Source of the DNA: Kiritimatiellia bacterium
Lineage (GTDB): Bacteria > Verrucomicrobiota > Kiritimatiellia > JAAZAB01
Direction of reading: 5' to 3'
Length of the DNA: 64,000 nt
NCBI GenBank assembly: GCA_040767085.1
Contig: JAXGPF010000005.1
Coordinates: 288,001-352,000 of the forward strand
Part shown: piece by piece, positions 31,836 through 40,672 of the stretch
Layout of the letters: the number at the start of each line of letters is the position of its first letter
Position numbering within the stretch: the first letter of the stretch is position 1
Notes under the pieces: model-generated
What the model was told of the DNA's origin: nothing
What the model saw: only the letters and a program-made list of their open reading frames with translations
Databases searched by the model: none
Program-made: the position numbers and the translations under genes

Positions 31836-33944
31836 TCAAAGTTTGGCCGCAATTTTTTCGATTTCGAAAAATTCCAGCACATCCCCCGACTCGAACTCGG
31901 AGTAATTGTCGAGACGCACGCCGCATTCCTGTCCTTCGCGCACCTCGCCGACTTCGTCCTGGAAGCGCTTGAGCGTGATCACCGCGCCCTCGTAAAGCAG
32001 GTCCCCGTTGCGCTTGACCCGCACCTTGGAACGGGCGCGCACGCGGCCGCTGACCACCAGGCAGCCGGCGATTTTGCCGGTCTTGGTGATGGGAAACACC
32101 TGGCGCACCTCGGCGCGGCCCAGGGTTTTCTCCCACAATTCCGGCGCCAACAGCCCGGTCATGGCTTCGCGGATTTCATCGGCGATGGTGTAAATAATGC
32201 TGTATAAGCGGATTTCCACGCCTTCACGCTTGGCGGCGCGCACCACTTCCTCCGACTTGCCGACATTGAAGCCGATGATGATCGCGTCCGAGGCGCTGGC
32301 CAGCAGGACGTCATTCTCAGTGATGCCGCCCACGCCGGTGAGGATGATGTTAATGTGGACTTTTTCGCTCTGGATTTCCGACAACACCTGCTGGATCGCT
32401 TCCAACGAACCGCGGGTATCGCATTTCAGCACCAGTTTCAATTCCAGGCGCCGGCTGGCTTCCATGCGCTCGAAGAGGTTTTCCAGCGAGGTTTTGCGCG
32501 CCGGGGCCGCCAACTGCGCGTCGCGCTGGTCCATGGCGCGCTGCTCGGCCAGGTGCCGCGCGGCGCGTTCATTCGGATACACCTTGAAAAATTCGCCGGC
32601 GGGCGGAATGGCGCTCAACCCCATACACTTGACCGGCGTGGAGGGCAGCGCCTGACGGACCTTAACCCCGTGGTCGTTGACCAACGCCTTCACCCGGCCC
32701 CAGCAGCATCCGCACACCACCATATCCCCCAGGCGCAACGTGCCGCGCGTGACGATGAGGTGGGCCGTCGGCCCCATGCCGGTTTCCATCTGGGCTTCCA
32801 CCACGTAGCCTTCCGCGCGCGGCTTGGGATTGGCCTTCAACTCCAGGACTTCCGCCTGCAGCAGCAGCATTTCCAGCAAGTGGTCAATACCCGCGCCGGT
32901 TTGCGCGCTGACCTCGCAGCAGATCAGTTCGCCGCCCCATTCCTCGGGGGTCAGCCCGGCGGACTGCAACTGGCGGCGCACCTGGTCGGGATTGGCGGCG
33001 GGCAGGTCAACCTTATTGATCGCCACCATCAGGGTCGTGCCGGCGGCCTGGGCATGCTTGATCGCCTCTTCCGTTTGCGGCATCACGCCATCGTCCGCGG
33101 CGATGATAATGACGGCAATATCCGTCAGGTTGGCGCCGCGGGCGCGCATGGCGGTAAAGGCCGCGTGCCCCGGGGTATCGAGGAAAGTGATCAAATGGCC
33201 CTTGTGTTCAACCGTGTAGGCGCCGATATGCTGGGTGATGCCGCCGGCCTCGTTCCGGGCCACGGCGGTTTTGCGGATACGGTCCAGCAAGGAGGTTTTA
33301 CCGTGGTCAATATGCCCCATGAAGGTCACCACCGGCGGGCGGGGCGCCAAGTCTTCGGGGCGGTCTTCCACGGATTCCTCATCCGGCGCCGCCGGCGATG
33401 GATGCGCTTCGGCCTTGCGCTCGTGCTCCAGGGTCAGACCATGTTTTTCCGCCACCTGCTGGGCGGTCTTGATGTCCAGTTTTTCGTTAATGGACGCCAA
33501 AACGTTCATCATCATCAATTCGGCAATCAACTGGTTGGGCTTCATGCCGAGCAAACCGGCGAAATCCCGGACCACGATCGGACCGCGCACCGTCACCACG
33601 CGCCCGTTGCGGGCCGGTTGAGCCGGCGGAGTGGGCGGAGCCGCGGGAGGTACGGGCGGCGCAGGCGGCGGCGGGCTTATCCGTTCGGACGGCGGCCGCT
33701 TGGCTGGCGGCGGTTCTTGCCGCGGCGGGCTGTCCGGCGCGGCGGCGACCGGTTTGGCTGGCGGCGGCGCGGGCGCCTTCGGGGGCGCCGCCGGCGGCGG
33801 CGGCGTGGCGGCGCGCAATTTCTCCGCCACGTCGTCCGCGATGGCGCTCATGTGATTCTTGACATCCAGTCCATCCGCACGCAGCCGCTCCAGCAAGTCC
33901 TTGCTGGTAACATTCAATTCCCTGGCTAATTCAAAAACCCGCAT
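31836..33944 (-). CDS. infB: Translation initiation factor IF-2
   Basis: RPPVVTFMGHIDHGKTSLLD, DTPGHAAF, NKVD. Confidence 0.98.
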   Translation of the reverse strand: MRVFELARELNVTSKDLLERLRADGLDVKNHMSAIADDVAEKLRAATPPPPAAPPKAPAPPPAKPVAAAPDSPPRQEPPPAKRPPSERISPPPPAPPVPPAAPPTPPAQPARNGRVVTVRGPIVVRDFAGLLGMKPNQLIAELMMMNVLASINEKLDIKTAQQVAEKHGLTLEHERKAEAHPSPAAPDEESVEDRPEDLAPRPPVVTFMGHIDHGKTSLLDRIRKTAVARNEAGGITQHIGAYTVEHKGHLITFLDTPGHAAFTAMRARGANLTDIAVIIIAADDGVMPQTEEAIKHAQAAGTTLMVAINKVDLPAANPDQVRRQLQSAGLTPEEWGGELICCEVSAQTGAGIDHLLEMLLLQAEVLELKANPKPRAEGYVVEAQMETGMGPTAHLIVTRGTLRLGDMVVCGCCWGRVKALVNDHGVKVRQALPSTPVKCMGLSAIPPAGEFFKVYPNERAARHLAEQRAMDQRDAQLAAPARKTSLENLFERMEASRRLELKLVLKCDTRGSLEAIQQVLSEIQSEKVHINIILTGVGGITENDVLLASASDAIIIGFNVGKSEEVVRAAKREGVEIRLYSIIYTIADEIREAMTGLLAPELWEKTLGRAEVRQVFPITKTGKIAGCLVVSGRVRARSKVRVKRNGDLLYEGAVITLKRFQDEVGEVREGQECGVRLDNYSEFESGDVLEFFEIEKIAAKL

Positions 33945-33949
33945 AAACT

Positions 33950-35218
33950 TTATTCCTTGTCTGCCGCAGGCGGCGTCCGGGCGGCGGCGGCCGCAGCCTT
34001 CACGGCCTCGGCTGTGGCTCGGTCAAAACCGGCCATTTCCTCCAAATCGCCGACATCGGCCGCCACAATGCCGTCCACGGTCAAAAATCCGGCATGCACC
34101 AGCTTGTCGGCCTGCGCCCGATCAAGGCCCGGCACCCCGGCCAAGGTGTCAATGGCCATCAAAACCTTCTCTTCGAAGCTGATGTCGTCCTTATCACGCT
34201 GGATATCCACCATCCAGCCGAGTAGTTTTGACGTCAAACGCGCGTTTTGACCGCGCTTGCCGATCGCCAGCGATAACTGATCGGTATCCGTCACCACCGT
34301 CACGCGATGCTCCCGTTCATCCACGATGATCTTGTTCAGCTTGGCCGGGTTCAAGGCGTTGGTGACATAGGTCTTGATATCCGGACTCCAGCGCACGATG
34401 TCAATTTTTTCTCCCAGCAGTTCGCGGACGATGTTTTTCACGCGCATGCCGCGCATCCCGACGCAAGCGCCGACGGGATCAACCTTCTCGTCGCGGCTGG
34501 AGACGGCGATCTTCGTGCGGAAACCGGCTTCGCGGGCAATTCCCTCGATTTTGACGGTGCCGTCTCCGATTTCAGAGATTTCGAGTTCAAACAACCGGCG
34601 CACGAAATCCGGATGGCTGCGCGATAAGGTGACCTGGTAGCCGCTGACATGCTCCTGCACGCTCAAAACGTAGGCGCGGATGCGGTCGCCCACCTGGTAT
34701 TCCTCCGTCGCCACCTTCTCCCGCGCCGGCATGATAGCTTCCACCCGGCCCAAATCCACGATCACATCGCCGCGTTCCAGGCGCACGATGGTGCCGCTGA
34801 CGACATCGCCCAGGCGGTCCTTGTACTCCTTGAGCACAATTTCCTTCTCCGCCTGGCGGATTTTCTGGACAATGGCATGCTTGGCCGTCTGCGCGGCAAT
34901 GCGCCCGAAATCGCGCGCCGACATTTCCACGTCAACCAGATCGCCCAGTTGGGCGTCGGGTTTGATTTTCCGGGCTTCCGAGAGGCTGATCTCGACATTG
35001 CGGGCTTGCACCCGGTCCACGACTTCCATTTTGGCGAAGGCCTTGATGGCCAAGGTCTTTTCGTCTATTTTAATCCGCAAATCACGGGTCGGACCGGCGG
35101 CGCTTTTACGCGATGCTGAAAGCAGGGCCGCTTCCACCATCTGGATCAGCGCCATGCGGTCAATGCCGCGTTCACGCTCCATGCTCTCAATCACCGCGCG
35201 CAATTCAGTGGTGCTCAT
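33950..35218 (-). CDS. nusA: Transcription termination factor NusA
   Basis: FGRIAAQTAK, DPVGACVGMRG, AIGKRGQNARL. Confidence 0.97.
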   Translation of the reverse strand: MSTTELRAVIESMERERGIDRMALIQMVEAALLSASRKSAAGPTRDLRIKIDEKTLAIKAFAKMEVVDRVQARNVEISLSEARKIKPDAQLGDLVDVEMSARDFGRIAAQTAKHAIVQKIRQAEKEIVLKEYKDRLGDVVSGTIVRLERGDVIVDLGRVEAIMPAREKVATEEYQVGDRIRAYVLSVQEHVSGYQVTLSRSHPDFVRRLFELEISEIGDGTVKIEGIAREAGFRTKIAVSSRDEKVDPVGACVGMRGMRVKNIVRELLGEKIDIVRWSPDIKTYVTNALNPAKLNKIIVDEREHRVTVVTDTDQLSLAIGKRGQNARLTSKLLGWMVDIQRDKDDISFEEKVLMAIDTLAGVPGLDRAQADKLVHAGFLTVDGIVAADVGDLEEMAGFDRATAEAVKAAAAAARTPPAADKE

Positions 35219-35256
35219 AACGTATTTGCCTTATCATCGTCGAAATTCGAATACTC

Positions 35257-35285
35257 AAACTATCGCCGGATACACGCAAAGTCAA
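35257..35285 (-). promoter_or_regulatory. Putative sigma70 promoter of the nusA operon
   Basis: Minus strand TTGACT-N17-TAGTTT. Confidence 0.4.
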
Positions 35286-35391
35286 GGAATTTCATACGAA
35301 ATAATTGCTTGACGCCCCCCGAAGGCGTTTTTAATAATAGCTGTTACGCCAATTACTCCGCGCCGCCGGCAAACGGAAATCCTGCATCGCC

Positions 35392-35772
35392 ATGACCGCC
35401 TGCAAACAAAAAAAGGACAGCGCCGACCTGCGGCTCCAGATCGTTTTCCTGGAGGCCGTCCGGCGCCGCTGCCCGGACGATATCCCCGCCATCAAGGCGC
35501 TGGCGGAGCTTTACACTGAAAACGGACAGCATACCGAAGGATTGGACCTGGACCTGGAACTGTCCCGCGTATGCCCGGCTGAGCCCCTGGTCTGGTACAA
35601 CCTGGCCTGCAGCCATGCCGTTTTAGGCCAGAAAGACGAAGCGCTGCGCGCCCTGACACAGGCGGTGGACTTGGGCTACCGGGACTTTTCCTGGATGCGA
35701 CGGGACCAGGACCTGGAATCACTCCGCAGCGACCGCCGGTTCCGCGATTTGCTGCAAAGACGCGACGCCTGA
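35392..35772 (+). CDS. Small TPR-repeat protein
   Basis: VWYNLACSHAVLG...ALRALTQAVDLGY...DQDLESLR, a typical terminal TPR motif. Confidence 0.85.
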   Translation: MTACKQKKDSADLRLQIVFLEAVRRRCPDDIPAIKALAELYTENGQHTEGLDLDLELSRVCPAEPLVWYNLACSHAVLGQKDEALRALTQAVDLGYRDFSWMRRDQDLESLRSDRRFRDLLQRRDA

Positions 35773-35809
35773 GACGGCTGGCCCGCGCATGCGGCGGCCG
35801 CGCAGCGGC

Positions 35810-36625
35810 TCAAGCCGGCGGCGCGGCCGCGGCGGCCGGCGCGGGGGCGGTTTTGGCCGGCGGCTGGCCCGCCGGCTCGGCCACCACGCGGAAGCCCAGG
35901 TTAATGTAGCGGTAATCCGGCTCGTAGGAACTCTGGCGGTCCAACCGCATGAACATCGGGATGTAATCGGACCACGACCCGCCCTTGAGAATCCGGCTGT
36001 GCTCGCCTTCCTTGTCGGCCGTCCATTCCCACACGTTGCCGCCAGTGCCATAAAGCCGCCACTCATTGACCCCGCTCTTGCGCACCGGCGCCGACACCTG
36101 GAATTTATCCGGCCGCTCGACCTTTGAGCCCACCGCCTGGTTTTCCATGCCAAAATAATTCCAGCCGGCGGGCGGCGGCCATTCGGATCCCCAGGGATAT
36201 TCCAATTCCCGTCCGCACGCGGCGAAAGTCATCCATTCCTGTTCCGTCGGCAGGCGGAACTTGAATTTTTGACCGTCAACTTCGCCATAATTTTTCGTCA
36301 GCCAGCCGCAAAAAGCCGCAGCATCCTTCCAGGAAACGTTCACGACCGGCTGATTGTCCGCGTTCAATCTCCGGCCGTCATGTTCACCGCTGTCATGTTG
36401 CGGCTTAAACTTGCGGTACTGGCGGTTGGTGACTTCGTACTTGCCCACCAGTAATTGCATCGGCTGCACCAGGACCAGCCGCAATTGCAGGTCGCCGTCC
36501 AGTTGCAAGGTCAAATCGCCGGGCTGGGGCTTATCTTCAAACCCCATCCAGGCGCAGCCGGCGCCGGCCATCAACCCGGCGCCCACCAGCGCCGACTTCA
36601 ATATTCCCAGCTTGCAGCAGCGCAT
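35810..36625 (-). CDS. FGE-sulfatase (SUMF1/EgtB/PvdO) domain protein, probable lipoprotein
   Basis: KYEVTN, PVVNVSWKDAAAFC, RLPTEQEW, GNVWEW, GFRVV; lipobox-like GAGC. Confidence 0.9.
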   Translation of the reverse strand: MRCCKLGILKSALVGAGLMAGAGCAWMGFEDKPQPGDLTLQLDGDLQLRLVLVQPMQLLVGKYEVTNRQYRKFKPQHDSGEHDGRRLNADNQPVVNVSWKDAAAFCGWLTKNYGEVDGQKFKFRLPTEQEWMTFAACGRELEYPWGSEWPPPAGWNYFGMENQAVGSKVERPDKFQVSAPVRKSGVNEWRLYGTGGNVWEWTADKEGEHSRILKGGSWSDYIPMFMRLDRQSSYEPDYRYINLGFRVVAEPAGQPPAKTAPAPAAAAAPPA

Positions 36626-36671
36626 ATTAACCTCCTGGTATGCGGATTAGGGACGCGCCGGCGCAGACGGA

Positions 36672-37304
36672 TCAGACGTCCTGAATTTGAATGCGCATCG
36701 TGGCGTTTTTCAAGGCTTCGACATTGCCGGCCTGATCCTGCGGCTTGATGCCGAAGGAAAGCGCTTCGAGCAGTTGCGCCATGCCGGCCTGAAAAGTTTC
36801 GGCATCGTTGCGCACTACCTGCATCAGCATCGCGCTTTCCGGCAGCATTAACTGCGTTTTCAGGTGATCCTGCTGCGACATGATGACAAAAGGTTTCTTG
36901 CAGTTCGGGCAGCGGCCCCGCTTGTTGACATCCGTATCCCGCAGCCAGAGTTTCTGTCCGCAGGAAGGGCAGCTGATCTTGAAATCCACTTCGCCCTTAT
37001 CGCGCAGGAAAAACACCCCGAACGGCGTCCGGAGTTCATCCGGCAGGGCGCGATAAATCGCTTTGATTTTATCCAGCGAAAGCACGTCCAGGAATCGCAC
37101 CACCAGCGCTACGGCATCCGCCTGGCTGATCAATTCGTCAAAGGTCGGATCCTGGGCCGGATCACCGGCAAAAATCTGAAATTGCACCCGGTGGTCGCCG
37201 ATGGCCGCTTCCGCATTCAAATCCGGGAGCCCGGTCAGAACGAAATCCTCCGCCAGGTCCCGATAAATCGAAAGCACCAACACATTCAGTTTATTGCCGG
37301 CCAT
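36672..37304 (-). CDS. Hypothetical protein with zinc ribbon, possibly a degenerate small-GTPase fold
   Basis: CPSC...CPNC zinc ribbon; the surrounding pattern resembles Ras-like GTPases but lacks a P-loop. Confidence 0.6.
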   Translation of the reverse strand: MAGNKLNVLVLSIYRDLAEDFVLTGLPDLNAEAAIGDHRVQFQIFAGDPAQDPTFDELISQADAVALVVRFLDVLSLDKIKAIYRALPDELRTPFGVFFLRDKGEVDFKISCPSCGQKLWLRDTDVNKRGRCPNCKKPFVIMSQQDHLKTQLMLPESAMLMQVVRNDAETFQAGMAQLLEALSFGIKPQDQAGNVEALKNATMRIQIQDV

Positions 37305-37539
37305 GTCTGCTCGCTCCCATTATACTTTTCAAAAAAACGCCGCCTGCCAAACCAGGCTTAACGCGGTCCGAATGCCATGCTATCGCCGCAACTGATAAAG
37401 GTAAGTCATTGCCGGAAAATATTCAAGCAAAAATACCAGCAAAAATACCAGTCGGCAGACGCCAAGGAATATATTTGCTTTTACCGCCCTTTTGGCATAT
37501 ACATGGGCGGTATGACATCCAAAGGAGGGTGTAACATCC

Positions 37540-38484
<945 letters not shown>

Positions 38485-38509
38485 ACGTCAACCAAGGAGG
38501 AGGGCCGCC

Positions 38510-38899
38510 ATGTTTTTACGGTATGTTTTACCTGACGGCACGCAGCAGGAATACAAGTTGGCGCAAAAATCCATTTCGATCGGACGCGCCGCCGAAGCCG
38601 ACATCACCATACCCGACAAGCTGGCCTCGCGCCTGCATTGCGGCATTTCATTCTGGGATGACTCCTACTTCCTCCGCGATTTCAAATCCCGCAACGGCAC
38701 GTTCGTCAACGACAAGCCTATCGAAGTCTGCCGGATCAAAACCGGCGACCGCATCCGCGTCGGCGACACCGTCATCAACGTGGAAAGCGATGGCAAGGGC
38801 GCGGAAACCGTTCTGATCGAGCTGAAAGACGCCATGGCCAAGGGCAAGGGCTACCACACCATCCTGCACGAGATCATTAACGAAGACAGCCAGCAATGA
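38510..38899 (+). CDS. FHA-domain protein
   Basis: IGR, SRLHC, D.KSRNGTFVN, GDRIRVG. Confidence 0.92.
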   Translation: MFLRYVLPDGTQQEYKLAQKSISIGRAAEADITIPDKLASRLHCGISFWDDSYFLRDFKSRNGTFVNDKPIEVCRIKTGDRIRVGDTVINVESDGKGAETVLIELKDAMAKGKGYHTILHEIINEDSQQ

Positions 38900-39052
38900 T
38901 CCGGGCCGGTGCTCGCGCCGCGGAGCCCTCCGGGGCTCCAATCCGCCTGTCCGTGCTGGCAACGCCATCCGCTGGCTGGCAGCCGGCCCGTGACAACCGG
39001 ACGCCGCTGGATTGAGGGATCAGAAGCGTTCCCGCCGGGCGTCCGTGATCGC

Positions 39053-40252
39053 TTATGTGCCGTGCTGGGAATCCTCGTCGATGTAATGCACAGGGATATC
39101 GCGGCGCATGTCAGCCAACAAGCAGGCCAGCATGCCGTCGCAGGTAAGCTGGCCAATGACGGCATCGTCGGCCAGGTGCAAGGCATATTCGTTGCACCAG
39201 GCGGCACGAGCCGCGCTGAACCCGGTCGCGGCCGCATCGAACGGGGTCATAATCAGAAGGCGGCCCGCATCCAGAGCGCGGTGTATGCGCGAAGTGAAAT
39301 GTGCGGGCAACCCACGCGCCAGAATCCAGACCATGGGAATGCCGCCGGCCAGGCAGGCATCGAAGACATCCCGTTCCATAGGCGAGAGGAATCCCGAAAT
39401 CACGCATCCCGGCCGTTTGGGCCATTTCGTAGGGGCGAAAGATTTTTCGCCCGTGCATGGGGCGAATGTTTTTTCGCCCAAAAAAGATTTTTCGCCCGTG
39501 TATGGGGCGAATGTTTTTTCGCCCGCGCATGGGGCGAATGTTTTTTCGCCCGCGCATGGGGCGAAAGATTTTTCGCCCGTACGGGATGCAAGAAATGCGG
39601 TCAGAGGAAGGTTGAGCAGCCCCCGATTGCCCATGAAGAAACGCGGCGCGCCATAGCGCAGGGTGTCCCAATGCGTGGGATTGTCCCGGATGTAATGCCG
39701 GATGTTGTCCAAAGCCCGCCCGTCCCGCACGATGATGTCGTAGTAGTTGCGTTGCCAGGGGGAATTGCCGCCCAGGAATTTGGTCACCCCAATTTTGAAG
39801 CCGCGGACAATGGAACCCAATGTGCGGGATGTCCCGCGAGGACGGCCATCCGGCGCGCCGAGAGTAGGGGCGAAAGATTTTTCACCCGCGCATAGGGCGA
39901 ATGTTTTTTCGCCCAAAAAAGATTTTTCGCCCGCGCATGATTTTCCGCCGAGATCATCGCCGGACACCATGATGATTCCATGCAAATGATCCGGCATGAC
40001 GATCCATTCGTCCAGGGCCGCCTGCGGGAAATGGCCGGGTATCGCCCGCCAGCAAGCATCTGCTGCGCGGCCCGCATCGTTCAATGCCATGCGGCCGTTA
40101 ACCACCGTGCCGAATAATGGGCGGCGGTCGGCAACGCACAGCGTCACGAAATACACCCCGCCCGCCGCATAGTCGTGCCCGCACAGCCGGATCGAATGGC
40201 GATGGTGAGCCGTCGGGTCGTACCCGGATTGCTTGGCCTGGGATGCCGCCAT
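39053..40252 (-). CDS. REP-associated tyrosine (Y1/HUH) transposase with C-terminal DprA/SMF (SLOG)-like domain
   Basis: RHSIRL..HDY...GVYFVTLC, IVMPDHLHGII (HUH), WQRNYYD...IRHYIRDNP (Y1). C-terminal GNRGLL..PLTAFLASR/VISGFLSPMER/LARG pattern. GGAGGAG ribosome-binding site before ATG 40252. Confidence 0.82.
   Translation of the reverse strand: MAASQAKQSGYDPTAHHRHSIRLCGHDYAAGGVYFVTLCVADRRPLFGTVVNGRMALNDAGRAADACWRAIPGHFPQAALDEWIVMPDHLHGIIMVSGDDLGGKSCAGEKSFLGEKTFALCAGEKSFAPTLGAPDGRPRGTSRTLGSIVRGFKIGVTKFLGGNSPWQRNYYDIIVRDGRALDNIRHYIRDNPTHWDTLRYGAPRFFMGNRGLLNLPLTAFLASRTGEKSFAPCAGEKTFAPCAGEKTFAPYTGEKSFLGEKTFAPCTGEKSFAPTKWPKRPGCVISGFLSPMERDVFDACLAGGIPMVWILARGLPAHFTSRIHRALDAGRLLIMTPFDAAATGFSAARAAWCNEYALHLADDAVIGQLTCDGMLACLLADMRRDIPVHYIDEDSQHGT
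39429..39582 (+). repeat. GTAG-type REP tandem cluster (27-bp units) inside the transposase CDS
   Basis: Five full and one partial copy of GGGCGAA(AGA/TGT)TTTTTCGCCC, starting with GTAG and ending with GTAC. Confidence 0.88.
39864..39932 (+). repeat. Second REP cluster inside the transposase CDS
   Basis: GTAGGGGCGAAAGATTTTTCACCC followed by one full and one partial unit. Confidence 0.85.
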
Positions 40253-40363
40253 ACTCCTCCTCGCTGCCGTTGCGGCCCATTCTTTACTTGATGTTGTAGT
40301 TAATGATGGAAACGAGTTCCTCGCCAGTGAGATTATATTGCTTGGCGAGAACTCGGTCAATCC

Positions 40364-40462
40364 CGCCGATTCACCGCCCCCCGCGTGGGGGGCGACGAGG
40401 AAATACAGAAGGACTAAACCAATGAGCAAGTTTCAATCCACGCCCCCCGCGTGGGGGGCGAC
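40364..40462 (-). CRISPR. Orphan type I-C-like mini-array (two repeats, one 33-bp spacer)
   Basis: Full repeat GTCGCCCCCCACGCGGGGGGCGTGGATTGAAAC (minus strand, 40430-40462), spacer 40397-40429, and a degenerate terminal repeat sharing 22 bp (40375-40396). Confidence 0.8.
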
Positions 40463-40672
40463 AGCGGCAGACGGGCTATGCATGGTTGCTACGTGTCGAC
40501 GCCGCCGTGAAAAGTCCTTTTCGCGCCGGTTTGAAAAGTGCGTTTTTAGGCCACGGGACGGAAGAACATGCCCGCCAATACGGAACGAAGATTGAAGTAG
40601 AGGGATTTTTCAAATCGGCGGAATAAGAGTCATTTCAAAACGGCGTTCACAGCATAGTTTGCGGTGATTGCG

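Noticed and set aside
40253-40429. Hydrophobic N-terminal extension of the RAYT ORF
   Set aside because: It runs through the mini-array, and a strong GGAGGAG site supports the start at 40252.
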